From Callorhinchus milii (lineage: Eukaryota): DNA of 64,000 nucleotides. The notes beneath the pieces are model-generated. The model saw nothing but the letters and a program-made list of their open reading frames with translations. It was not told the origin of the DNA and ran no database searches. Shown one piece after another: positions 50,694-63,336 of the stretch (the first letter of the stretch is position 1; the number at the start of each line of letters is the position of its first letter). The DNA lies in contig NW_024704742.1 in NCBI RefSeq assembly GCF_018977255.1, positions 53,446,001 through 53,510,000 on the forward strand, read 5' to 3'. Made by a program: the position numbers and the translations under genes.

Positions 50694-52545
50694 TACGCCT
50701 GGATTAGTGCCTTTCATGTGAGGAGGACATCCCAAGGCACTTGACAATCAGTGTTTCGGACCCCAGCTGGGGGTTGGGATTGCGGAGCGTGGAGGGCATG
50801 GGGGAAGGAGGGTGATCGAAGGCAAGTTCGAAGAGGAGAGTCTCGAGATGGGTCTTGAGGAGGCAAGGGAGAAGGAATAATTTGGGGCTCTGTTTGCTAA
50901 AGAAACCTAAGCATTGATCTTGAAGATTAACAGCATCTTAAACACACCAGTGATTGATTTAATTGTGGCATTAATGCTCACTGATTGGAATAGTTTTAAC
51001 ATTGAAACAAAACATTGCTATCAAATTGCAATTCTAAATCAGTTCTTGCTATTCTTTGCTATATTTTGCACTTCATTCTATTGATGTTAACAAATGCACA
51101 CTTTGGAACTGAGATCCTCCACCCCCTCACAATATGCGTTTTTTGAAAACTACAACAAGCATTCAGCATTTCAGGATTAATCACAAAAGAGAAGGTTTCA
51201 TTGGGTGGTCTCATTAACCTATATTGTGGCCCTTTCTAAACTGAAACATGTGTTTCAGGTATGGTCGTTTGCAAAATATTGACATTTGTGAACTGAACAT
51301 TGTAGACTGTTCAGAAGAGAATACCTCCTACAATACTGATTTAAAGCTAGGCAGCAAGGAAAACCTCAAAAACAAACATCACACAAACAAATTGAGAAAT
51401 GCTGCACTAAAGTGATCAGTGTTTTTAAACTTGATACTGGCAATGAAAACGAGTAAAGTACCCCTAAAATACAAGTGCTGACTAGTGAAGCATTCCTTTT
51501 AGATATGAATGTGTCTGCCTGCAAAGCGTACAGTCACTGCACTTTACACTAAATCCTGTGAAGCGTTTTGAGTTGTCTGCCTGGTGGAAAAAGCGTTTGA
51601 TTAAATACAAGGATTATTAATGTCTTTTGGTTACCCGAAAATACTTAGAATAAACTGATGTAATGTTTGTGTTTGTTCAGTCCTTGATGGTTATTTTGGA
51701 GCTGAAAGTTGAATTACTTACAGTCACTGTTGCATTAGTAATGGCCAAATAATTAAATTGTTTGAATCTGCATCAGGTTATGTAGACAGATTCAAAATGA
51801 ATTGCATCTCGCATCCTCTATAATGTCCTAGAAACAAGTTAATCCTGATTTCAACTAACTACTCCTATAAAAGATAGATACTGCATGTTCCAGACCTAGA
51901 GGCTGAAGAAATTGATAGAGAACTTCAAAGAACAAAACCATAAATGTAAAATATTGGAGAGTAAAGAAATAACTAACAAACTGTTTATATTTTATCGAAA
52001 ATTAGCATGTAAATTAAAAACAAACTACCATATTTTCATTCTTTGTGTAGCAGGGAATTTTTTCTGGTTGAAGATGTAATTTAAAATTCTGCATATTTTA
52101 TTGTTAATGTCATGCACATTTATTATAACACTTTCTTACATCTGTGGAATTATGTTTACTTAAATAAATGCTCTTAATCATATTTTGCTCTGTGGTTGAG
52201 CAAATGTTCCATTAAACAAGTCATTGGTTCATGAACGTAAATGCTTTTATGAAGATGAAAAGTTAAACAAAAGCATACATTTGCATTTAATAACACTATC
52301 CTCACTCTCACATGTTTGTACATTCAGCGCCTAGAATCAATCCAGCTTGATTGATTTGCTGAGAGGGACTTCCTGGTACTTACAACAACAAAATTACATT
52401 TATAGAGTGCCTTTCAAGTCGGGAGGACATCCCAAAGCGCTGAGCAGTCAGGTGTCGGGGACCTACCTAGCGAGTGCTCAAACCTGCACTTGTCAGATGT
52501 TGATTGACCAACTAATAACTAACCAGGGTCTTCTTGGAGCTGAAC

Positions 52546-53015
52546 TGGTTCCAAGGTGACATGTTTGGCAATGGAATGTCAGAATTGAGCCAGTCCTCTG
52601 TGACAGTCTCAGTAGTCCGGCTCCTGAATCAGACGAGTCCACAGTATTCAAGGGCATTGCTGATGGCAGCACATCAAGACTTGGAAGAGCAGACCAGTCA
52701 CAGTGAGCAGAGTATCATCCCACTTAGCTCCTGTTAATCCTGCATGCCAACACCCTAACAGGTAGGGTGGGTCTAGCTTGACAAGCAGTGGGAAAGCTTG
52801 CCGGACAGTGATATCAATGCTAAGCAATCCGTTTTTAGCTGGTTAGACTCCAGCAGTACCCCAACACATACTCTGGGGTCCTCAAGCCTTGGCTCTTGCC
52901 AAACTGCACCTAATTTCTAGAATTAGGTAAACAGGATGCGTCCCTCCAGGGAGAGTGTACACATTCCACTCCAGCAATCTATCTCTGGGATTTCCATGTG
53001 TAGGTGGTGGCATCC
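52546..53015 (+). repeat. Unclassified interspersed repeat, copy 3
   Basis: Colinear with the reverse complement of 33470-33920 and with 26660-26800. Confidence 0.85.
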
Positions 53016-53040
53016 CACTCTTTGACAGCGGCAGGAGCTG

Positions 53041-53208
53041 GTGGTTGGTGAGGAGACCTGGTTGCCTTCCCCTCAGCTACAGAAGGACTTTCTGACACCG
53101 CAGCAATGGGCAGCATTATTTCCACTCCCCGCAGCTCAATGCACTGCAGTCTGTAGGGAAGCTCCTAACAAGCTGAGGGGAAGGCAGGTGGGTTTCCTTA
53201 CCAACCGC
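53041..53208 (+). other. Long inverted repeat/hairpin with 38-bp arms
   Basis: 53041-53078 pairs with 53171-53208, including the perfect 16-bp TGCCTTCCCCTCAGCT/AGCTGAGGGGAAGGCA. Confidence 0.85.
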
Positions 53209-53702
53209 GTCCTCCCAACCTCCGGCTCCTCCCCTGCCATGATAGGATAATTTGCTGGGGAGGGAGTGGGTGGCTTGAAGTTACAAATGGTTCTCTGGCC
53301 AGATGAAATCATCCGCAGAGACAGACCATCCTGTGCTAAGCTATTCTTTTGGATTGTTTTGCAATGGGTGCCTTAATATCATGAATAGAATTTGATGTTC
53401 TGAATTAAGTAATATATTTATAACCTGGTGTGTTTAACAGATGGTTTCTTTTACACATGTTCTTTGTAGCCATGCACAGAGAACAAAGCTTCAAAGAAAG
53501 AAAAGCTAAACACAAGCTGGCTAGGCCAGTTAGTTATTTTGATGTGCAATGATGTAATTGTTTGCACTGGATTTGCCTATGTTTGTTTGTCTCATATTTC
53601 TGCTTGTCACTTTGTTCATATGTACTTCTTGTTCATATTTTATCCTGAGAGTTTTGTATTGCAACAATCAGCCCTGTAGGAATACAAATTATTTAAGGAA
53701 GG

Positions 53703-54203
53703 ATGTACTTGCAGCATAGATTTACTAGGTTAGTACCAGGGATGAAGGGGATGAGTTACGAGGATAGGCTGACCAATTTGGGCCTATATTCTCTAGAATA
53801 TAGAAGAATTAGAGAATTAGAAACCTATAAGATCATCAAAGGTCATGATAGAGTAGATAGTGGGAGATTGTTTCCCCTGGTTGGAGAAACTAAAACCAGC
53901 GGTCACAACCTTAAAATCAGAGGCCAGCCCTTTCACACTGAGTTGAGGAAGAACTTCTTCACTCAAAGGGTGGTGAATGTATGGAACTCGCTACCCCAAA
54001 GGGCTGTTGACACTCAATCCTTGAACATATTCAAGACTGAGATAGATATATTTCTTATTGCAAAAGGGATTAAGGGATATGGGGATAAGGCAGGGTTATG
54101 TTATTAGCTGGAGTTAGATTAGAAGATCAACCATGATTGAATGGCGGGGCAGGCTCGAAGGGCCGAATGGCCTACTCCTGCTCCTACATGTTATGTTACG
54201 TTA
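53703..54203 (+). mobile_element. CR1 LINE 3' end (ORF2 C-terminus and UTR)
   Basis: QHRFTRLVPGMKGMSYEDRLTNLGLYSLEYRR...GHNLKI...RKNFFTQRVVNVWNSLP; same 3' UTR as 45130-45210. Confidence 0.95.
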
Positions 54204-54289
54204 TAAATGCTACATGAAAATTGAAGTACCCACCAATTGCTGCAAGGAAATGAGGTTATTCAGGTCTTGATGTCTGTAAGGTAGACAGA

Positions 54290-54610
54290 AAGAACATCAG
54301 GTAGAACTAGAATCAAAGATAGGATGGAAAGGAGATTTAGCCATCATCCACTTACATGTGGATGTTAACCCAATGGATAATGTCAACCAAGAGAGCATGT
54401 AGATGAGGAAAAGGTGACTGTGTGATGATAGGAAGCGAAACCATCGAAGGCAATGGGTCATGTAGGATTGGAACCTGGTGGTTCAATGGAAGTGATGAGA
54501 GAGGAGAGGCGATCGAGGAGGATAGAGAGTGGTCCATCGCATCAAAAGCAGCAGAGTGGTTGAAGAGCACAAGAAGTCAGAGAGAACCTTGATAACTTTG
54601 AGGAGGACTT
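54290..54610 (-). mobile_element. Old L2 RT fragment
   Basis: LFNHSAAFDAMDHS and LVDIIHWVNIHM, compared with LLDLSAAFDTVDH and [14 protein letters not shown]. Confidence 0.7.
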
Positions 54611-55829
54611 TGGATCGCATATAAAATAAGGGTTTAATAGAATTCAACTATCTTTGAAAATCACTGAATAAATCCCTGAATAAAATGAAACAAATAGAGA
54701 GACATTGGAAAGGCAAGATTAAGGTTGTAATTAAATTTACTGTCAAGAATTACTGTAGTTTAATCCATCCCATGTTTAGCCAACACAATGGAAGCTCCCT
54801 AAACGGGGACCTAGGTCTATAAAATTCTGCAGTATTGTGTATTTTTATTATCTTCCTGTTTCTTAGTTAAAATCAGCATAGGAAGCCTTGCCTGTGTCTA
54901 TCGTTTTTTCCAATCTTCTTTCCAAGTGAAGACGCTGACTTGTATTGGAATTCTGTTTCACAAGTATCAGCACCCTTCTGAGCCATGTGTGAGCCTCAAT
55001 AGTGAGTGAATATGGAGGAAGCTAATTGTAAGGCAATTAGCTGGGTCCCGAGAGTGAGTAACTGCAATATAAGCAAAATGCTAAAAATGTCCAACTTCCA
55101 GGTCGTCCAGTCACCACTGACTGATGTCACTTCCTGCGCTTTGCACACAGATGCTTTGCTACAACAACAACTTGCGTTTATATAGTGCCCTACATAGTGC
55201 TAAACAATGCCATATTTTGATGGCCACCCAAGGAGAAAGGGGAGGTGAGCGCAAGCACGGATGGGGAGGGCGGACTTTGCGATGCAAAACCTTCATCTTA
55301 GAGGACTAGTTATCTGATAGGTAGGTACTTACAGCAATTTCTAGAATGCAGCTCTTTACGTGTTAATGGGAGTGACAAGCGAAGTGGAGGAGGGCCTTAT
55401 TAACATTTTGCATAGGAAGTGGATGGGATATTGACAACATGGTTGCTTAAGTGGTGATGTTAGTTAAACCGAGTTAAACCAGTGTCTTCGTATCATGAAC
55501 TGTCTGTAGTTCTCTTTTTAAGAACAAACATGCAAGAATTTAAGATACAAATGTAGCCTTTTAATGCTCTTCAATGATAAAATGATGAAAACTCCTGTCA
55601 GAAATGGATGCATGTTGTACATTTCCTTTCCTTCTTACTCCCTCTGCTGGTCTTTGGTGCTCAAAGTTTGGAGATTTGATGCAGAATAGCAGCAAGGAGC
55701 AAACTGATCAGATCACAAACTTATATAAGCTGAGGATGACAATTTGATGTACAGATGGAGGGAAGTTTAAGCAATTGATGGCTTTCCAGCTCTATTCACC
55801 CTTCAAGTGCCGGTGGATGCATATGAGTT

Positions 55830-56150
55830 ACTTTAAAATGTAGTCAGGATGGTTCTGTAAGCAATTAGGGCACTTACACTGCATCAGCAACATCCCACAG
55901 ACTGTACTGAGTTGAACGACAATTTAAGTTATTTGTTTTTGACTTATATGAAGGAGGAATATTGGTCTGCTCATCTGTAAAACTGCCTGCGCTTCTTCAA
56001 AAGAGTGCAATAGTGGAGAAAATCCCTTCTCTTTTTGAATCATGTCAAGGGATCTTTATAGTCCACTTGAAAAGGCCGACTCACCTCGGTTTAATGCACA
56101 CCCAACGCTGAACTGACAGCCTAAACTGTGAGCTCAGAGTCTGACATGGT
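55830..56150 (-). mobile_element. Degenerate Deu-domain SINE
   Basis: GGGATCTTTATAGTCCACTTGAAAAGGCCGACTCACCTCGGTTTAATG. Confidence 0.65.
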
Positions 56151-56468
56151 GCTTTGGGATGTCATCTAGACGTGAAAGGCACTGTACCAAATACAAGGAT
56201 TATTTTTCTGTTGGATGTCCTTAGGAGGAGGTAAGTGATGCAGCTCGTTCAAAACTCTGCCGCCCGCATACAGGCCACATTTGTAAAGACAGAGTTTAAA
56301 ATTGTATAATTGGATACACCAGTAAATGTATCTGTCTTCTCGAGTCAAGGGAAAAAAATTGGGGAAGAAAGGAACCCTATGTTTTAATAATACATGAAAG
56401 TGCTTTCAATTTCTGTCTTTCAGACATTTTAGTACTTTTATTAATGCAAACATGTCAGTTTCATCAGA

Positions 56469-56790
56469 AATAATAAAAATAATAATAATCCTTGCATTTG
56501 ATATAGCGCTTTTCACGTCGGGAGGACGTCCCAAAGCGCTTCACAAAACACACTGTAACGTGAATTGACTGTATCTTTGTGGGCGAACGCGGCAGCCAAT
56601 TGCGCACAGCAACGTCCCACAAACAGTCGTAGATTGAAAATGACCAATTTATTATTGTTTTTGGTTTTGGAGGGATTATTATTAGGCGTGTGGAGTAAGG
56701 AAACTTGCCCAAGGTTTCGCCCTGCCTGGAATTGAACTCAGGTCTCTCGCTTGCAAAGCGAGTGCTCTAACCACTGAGCTACAGGACTCC
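56469..56790 (-). mobile_element. Young tRNA-derived SINE, short variant, with an L2-like tail
   Basis: Near-consensus, CpG-rich copy; tail TTTCACGTCGGGAGGACGTCCCAAAGCGC. Confidence 0.96.
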
Positions 56791-57012
56791 ACTGTAGTGG
56801 AGTACCAGAAGGTAGTTGTACTTCTCACTGTCAAAGAACGGAGTACTCCCATACTTCAGTTCCTGAAGTGCTCACCAAAGAATATTTATAGTTAGTTAGT
56901 GTCACTTTGTCACAAAGATAGAAACTTAGTAATGTGAGGTCTCAATGGCTCCATTGTAAAGCCGCTGCCCAGGACAGTCCACCAAGACCCGAGATTTCAA
57001 TCAAAGGAATAA

Positions 57013-57952
57013 GATTATCATAATCCTTGCATTTGATATAGTACCTTTCACTTTAGGAGGATGTCTCAAAGAGCTTCACAGGAGTGACTGCATATTTTGT
57101 AGCCAACCAGGCACCAATTTGTGCACGGCAAAGTCCCACAAACATCCATGAAGAGCTCATTTTAACATTTCACTTGAAGGATAGCCCTTTCACTAATGCA
57201 GCACACTCCCACCCCCAGTACTGCACTTGAGTTAGCCCAGAGTAAATCAGTTCAAAGTCCCAATGTGAGTATATCCTGAGACTTCACATGATATACCATA
57301 ATGTGTCATGACTGCAATTTATAGGCGAATGTGGCAGTCAGTGTGTACACAGCAGTGTCCCACAATCAGCCAATCACAACAACAAATTGGATTTATATCG
57401 CGCCTTTCACATCAGGAGGATAACCCATTGCTTGGCAATGAGAGGTTTCCACCCAAGCTGCGGCTTGATATCAGAGAGGGGTGAAGGGCAGGGAGTGGAG
57501 GAGGGAAGATGACCAAAGGTACTATTGAAAAGGAAGGTCTTGAGATGAACTTTGAAGGAGGCAAGGAAAGGAGCGAGGCGAAGGGGTCCAAGATGAAGTT
57601 CCAGAAGGTGGGATCAGAAAGACTGAAAGACCAACCACCGATAGTGGAGCAGGCAGGGGAGCCAGTGAAGATGGGCGAGGAGGTGCAGGTGATTGGCTCA
57701 CAAAGGTTAGTGTGAGCCATTAAGCAACTGATCAGTTTTATTTGGAAGATTGATGGCTACTTGGAGAAACTCCTCCTTTCTAATTGTGCCATGGAATCTT
57801 TAATGTCCACCTGAACATGCAGAGGGAGCCTTGTTTAGCATTTCATCCAAAGTACAGCACCTCCAGCAATGCAGCACAACCTCAGCACTGATTGGAGTGT
57901 CAGCCTAGACTCTGAGTTCAAGTCCCGATGTCAGGCTTGAGCCAAGCTGACA
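57013..57952 (-). mobile_element. Cluster of Deu-SINE pieces with a nested L2 3' fragment (57377-57715)
   Basis: Deu core GAATCTTTAATGTCCACCTGAACATGCAGA...CAGCACCTCCAGCAATGCAGC; L2 part IGGWSFSLSDPTFWN. Confidence 0.75.
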
Positions 57953-58736
57953 CATCTGATTAAAACAGTATTCGAAAATTGGTGGAACAGGCTTGACGGG
58001 CTGAATGGTCCACTCCTGCTCCTACTTTCTCATGTCAACATAAGCAAGAGACTAGGGTTGGAGTTTGTCTTGGGATCTGCCAGCATGAGTCTTAGACTGA
58101 CGATACCATTGCGTTAATGCACTGTCAAATGCATAATTTCTGAGATGGTGTAGAATTAAATGTTCACAGAAAAATGTAGCAGAAAATGTTGTGTTATTAT
58201 AGCCAAAGTCTATTAATTGAGATGCCCAAATGAAAAAAGGCGTTGTCTAATTTGTCAAAGCTTTCCTATTAAGCACATTTATCACATGGGTACCATTACC
58301 AAGAGCACAGCAATGTAATTATTGTGCTGAAAACTCATGAAATGTGCATATGGGAATATGTTGTATTCATTACATCTCAAACCATGCAATGTATGTGGTC
58401 CAGGAACTAAAGATACTTTCCCTCTCGTTAGCGTTACCATGATTAATGCATAACAATAAATCTATTGGAAAGTTTACAAATGTGTAATTCTCCTCTGATC
58501 CACCGGGGGGAGTAAAGGCATAGGATAGAATGAGTTGATAATTCTCGATAACAGTAGGACAGGTGTTGTGTGATGGCTCTAAAACTGGACTGTATTCTCC
58601 TGACACTCATATTGCAATCTCAGACATGAGTTGTGGGCATTAGGGCAGAATACTGTAGAATGCTGACCCCTGTAGAACAAGTCTCCAGACTACTTTCAGG
58701 AGCATTAGAAAAGAGAAGCTTATACAGGGTGACCAA

Positions 58737-58982
58737 AAACAACAACAACAACAACAACAAGATTCCATTTATAAAGCGCCTTTCACGTCAGGAGGACGTC
58801 CCAAGGCGCTGCACAGTTGGGTCATGACCCGAGCAGGGGGGAAATGGTCAGGGTGAGGGAAGGGAGGGAGCAAGGAGGGGGGAAATGGTCAGGGTGAGGG
58901 GAGGGAAGGGAGGGAGCGAGGAGGGGGAAGAGAGTCGAGAGGGGAGCTGAAGGCACGGTCAAAGAGAAAGGTTTTGAGACCG
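58737..58982 (-). mobile_element. L2 3' UTR with an internal tandem duplication
   Basis: (AAC)n tail; GGGGGGAAATGGTCAGGGTGAGGG occurs twice, about 40 bp apart. Confidence 0.85.
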
Positions 58983-59145
58983 TAGTAGTGATATCTACCC
59001 TATTATCTAGAAATATATATTATAATTTCTTTAAGACTTATTAGACATTGTAATGGTACCACGACTTTTTGATCACTCTGTACTACTCAGTTTAGAATGT
59101 GTTACCTTCCAGAACAACAATAACAACATTTATGTATTGTGTATC

Positions 59146-59537
59146 CATCCATGGCTTTGCCCCCTCCTCCCTCTCTGACCTGCTGACTCCCTACTAACCT
59201 GCCCGCTCCCTCCGTTCATCAGGCTCCGGCCTGCTCCATGTCTCCCACCCGACCCGCCCTACCATCGGTGGCCGGGCTTTCAGCCTCTCTGCCCCCACAC
59301 TCTGGAACTCCATCCCACAGTCCCTTCGCCTCGCTTCCTCCCTTGCCTCCTTCAAGGCCGGTCTCAAGACCCTCCTCTTCGACCGTGCCTTTGGTCTCCC
59401 TCCCACCTCTCTGCCTTCCCTCCCCCCTACACCACCCCTCCCCCATGCTCGGGCCCCGACACCTGACTGTTCAGCGCTTTGGGACGTCCTCCCAATGTGA
59501 AAGGTGCTCAATAAATGTCATTTTGTTGTTGTTGTTG
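59146..59537 (+). mobile_element. Young L2 3' fragment
   Basis: IHGFAPSSLSDLLTPY...PTIGGRAFSLSAPTLWNSIP; nearly identical to the reverse complement of 23417-23815. Confidence 0.95.
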
Positions 59538-59599
59538 TGTAGGGTGCTATGCAAATGTAATTTTGTTTTGTAATTTCGTAACAACTTGTGTTTATCGTA

Positions 59600-59813
59600 T
59601 CAATGGATCTTTAACTGCTGAACATCACCACCTGAACAGGCAAACAAAATCTCAAATTAATGTCTCATCCAAAGGACGGTACCTCCAACAATGCAGCGCA
59701 TCTCCAGCACTGCACGGGTGTGTCAAGATAGACTTGATGAGTTCCAAGAGCTGATGTGGGGTGGAACCCGCAACCTTCTGTCTCAGAGATAAGAGTGCTA
59801 CCGACTGAGCCAG
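59600..59813 (-). mobile_element. Deu-domain SINE, 5' half
   Basis: TGTCTCATCCAAAGGACGGTACCTCCAACAATGCAGC...GAACCCGCAACCTTCTGTCTCAGAGATAAGAGTGCTACCGACTGAGCCA. Confidence 0.82.
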
Positions 59814-62319
59814 ACACACAACAGAAGGTGAAACTCACTGGCAGCAGCTGTGTTTGAAGCAGAAAGTATCAACGTATTTAAGGGGAATCTTGACGCATGC
59901 ATGAAGGAAAATAAATAGAACGTTGTAGGTAAGGAGATTAGGAAAGGTGAAGTTTTGTCTGAAGTACAAGCCTTTCCCTTTCCTACAATCGTTTATCTCT
60001 CCTCACTGACACAGACTAATTGATCCAAATGGCCTGTTTCTGAACTACAAGTCTGTGCAATTCTAGGCAATATCTTTTTGGTAGTCTTGTGATCTCTTGT
60101 GATCCTGTGAGTCAACAGATCTTAGCCAGAACAGCACTTGAGGAACTATCAATGGCTCCTGCACATCTGGGATACAGAGAGGAACATCAGTCAGGGCAGT
60201 CTCTGGTGAATGGTGATATCTGACTTCCAGTATCTAGTGTTTGGTTTATTTACCTTTCTCACCGAATGGTCTGGCAATAATTCTCTCAAATGAAACTCGT
60301 CACTCACTTCATGGCTGTTAATGCAAAATTGCTGCGTGAAAATTGGCATCGGTGGTCACCTATAAATACTCTTTGCAGGAAAAGTGCTTTAGATACAACA
60401 ACAACATTAACTTGCACTTACATAGCACTCTCCGCGCAGGGTAGTGTCTCTGAATGCTTAACGTCTCACAGTCATGATAAAGTGCTACATCAAATGTAAT
60501 AATCCTCATAATACTTATGCAATTATTATTATTATTATGGTGGATTGGTCGATCTGAATCTGCCTCGAATGGAGAAGTTGGTAAAAATATGTAACTGAAT
60601 GCTTGTCAGTATGAGTCTAAGCTCCATAGTGAGTTCCAAGGAAGGAATGTTCCCATTAACCTTGTCTCGATGAACTGATGTCAACTTTAATGTTGCCAAT
60701 ATTTTTTTTATCATTTTGACATAGACACATATGCGTGTCTAACATATTTTTGCTTACACTGGCAATGAACTACACATATCATAAATTCTGTAATACTTAG
60801 ATCATTATGTATCTCATTATTAGATGCCGATGAAACAAGGCTGAGGGATGCTCTGACTTTGAACCTGATTTTGTTAAGAAAACTGAATAGGGTCACGTCA
60901 ATAAGAGCATGTAGCTCAACTTCTAAAGTCTAGTGCTACTGCAGCCATTTACAATGATTGCCAAATGGCCCAATAGACATTACATCATAACTGAGCTGTC
61001 TGGAATGAACACTGAGCTAAGGCAATGTAAAGTATTTCATGTAATGTTTCTAAATCATACTGCAAAGGAAGACTGTACAATAAATACAATGTATTTATAA
61101 TACCTTTAAGATTTCAGTCACACTTTACTCTACACACATGGATACAAATTATCTACCATTTTAATTTCTTTAGTGCAACCACAACTGCCTTTGAATATTT
61201 TTTTTCTTTCACAATGAGATTATTTGAGTGGATTTATCAGCATTAGGTGACTTCTAATGGACACCTCAGTGCACACTGTCACTGGCAATGCCACTTACAG
61301 TTTACACAAGCTGTCTTTAATCATGACTCTAATCTATTTATGGATTTTCTCCCTATTTATTTATTTATTTATTTATTTATTTATTGACAAATTTCTGTTA
61401 AGTGCAAGCTGGTTCACTTGTCAACTATAGCATTTCATCAATAGTCACTCCAGTAATCCAAAATGTCCTTGAACCGTCTTCTTTCACATCAGTCTGCATC
61501 CATTAATGACCTTGACTCAAATTACAATACCCTCTCAATGTGTTAAAAGTCTGGTCTTAAGAAGCAAGTATAAATCAATAAGTATCCCTGATCCAGGTTG
61601 ACCTTGTCTAGGATTTTCTCAATCTCAGCCTCTTTTAAAGACATGCTGTGCTGCTTCACTGGGTAATCCAAACACATAATAATAATAATAATAATAGTAA
61701 TAATCCTTGCATTAGATATAGCACCTTATCACATCTTCGCAACGTCTCAAAGCATTTCACAGTCTATACATATCCAATGCCTACAGGAGGAAAGGTGATC
61801 TTTGGAGTACAAAGCAAAACTGAGTTGCTGAATAACCAGCAATGACTGTACAACAACAAAATTGCATTTATAGAGTGCCCTTCACGTCGGGAGGACATCC
61901 CAAAGTGCTGGGACATATTGTGATTGTTAATCTAGCACGCCCCCATATATATGGGTATATATGTATTTCTGGAGAGAAAATGGACTGGGAGAATAAGCCT
62001 GTGAAATAAGCCTCTAAAACTTGTGTTGAATCATGTGGAATCAACAATAAAATACATGTCCAATAGGTACAATATCTACTTTATATCACTCTATATGTCC
62101 TTACATTATGATGCTGCTTATGGACTCATTGGTATTAACAATGATCAGAGAATTACCCCCAACTGGTCTTCAGACAGATGTAGTAAAACTGATAAAGGAT
62201 ACATTGCTTCCAAGTATGAATATACACAAATTCTACAAAAATTCTGGAAAGATAGTATCTTTAATATATGTTTAAAGAGACCAACATGATGCAGAGTCTA
62301 CTTAATTATTTAGATTTCA

Positions 62320-62587
62320 ATCTGGCTCGTTGGTAGCCTCCAAAGTTTGTGCATTCAAGCCCCACAACAGGAGTTAATACTCACATTGTTGAGTTAAGGC
62401 TGAATGTGAACTCCATTATTGGAGTTGCCATCCATCAGCTGAGATGTTAAACCAAAGTTGTTTTGCTTACTTGGGTGGATGTTAAAGATCCCTTAGCACT
62501 ATTCAAAAAGAGAAAGGAGTTTCTCGCAGGGTCCAAGGGAATAGTCCTCCAGATAACATCAATTATTCACTTTATGGTTGTTTGAGT
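62320..62587 (+). mobile_element. Deu-domain SINE interrupted by a young SINE
   Basis: GAGATGTTAAACCAAAG...GGTGGATGTTAAAGATCCCTTAGCACTATTC; the element resumes at about 62985-63008. Confidence 0.78.
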
Positions 62588-62980
62588 GGAATCCTATAGA
62601 TTAGTGGTTAGAGCATTCGCCTCGCAACAACAGGACCTAGATTTGTTTCCTGGGCAGGGTGAAACCTTAACAATTTTCCTTACCCCAAATGCCTCTGTTT
62701 ATTAGTTGGAAGTACGAACCAAGTTTTTAGTTGATTGGTGGATCACTTTTCCGGGGTTAATAATCAATCCCTTCATCAAAAAAATTAAAATAATAATAAT
62801 TTGGTCACTTCAATCCACAACTGTTTGTGGGACACTGCTGTGCGCAATTGGCTGACACATTTCGCCCACAAAATATACAGATAGTTCACTTCACAGTATA
62901 TTCTGTGAAGCGCGTTGAGACGTTTCGAAGACGTGATAGCACTATACCAAATGCAAAAAATGCAAAGATTATTGTTATTG
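62588..62980 (+). mobile_element. tRNA-derived SINE, long variant (diverged)
   Basis: GGAATCCTATAGATTAGTGGTTAGAGCATTCGCC head, GCCTCTGTTT segment, standard tail. Confidence 0.9.
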
Positions 62981-63305
62981 CAAGATTTTGTTGGGTGCAA
63001 ATTGGCTTTTGTATTATTCTACAGAATTTCTCAGGGCAAACACCACTGTCCTCCGGGAATCTGGGATGCTGTCCTGCATGAGGGCCACTATACAATTGCA
63101 AGTTGTTGTTTTTGTACCCTGACTTGCTCTAATTATTTCATAGTAAAGCTGGTTGCTACTATTGATTGCCTTTGATACCTGCAACCACTTAGATAATGCC
63201 TGAGTGCATTATTTGGCTTCACTCAAGTCCTTCAGGAGAGGACGTAGGAAGAAAACTGGAAGGAAAAGTCCTTTAATTCACTTAGTGCTTGATGTTTATA
63301 CAGAA

Positions 63306-63336
63306 AGAGAGAGAGAGAGAGAGAGATAGAGAGAGA
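63306..63336. repeat. (AG)n microsatellite
   Basis: Directly visible. Confidence 0.95.

Noticed and set aside
56224..56229. 6-nt microexon (TAG|GAGGAG|GTAAGT)
   Set aside because: It sits between an L2/SINE tail and an L2 coding scrap, so it is probably chance.
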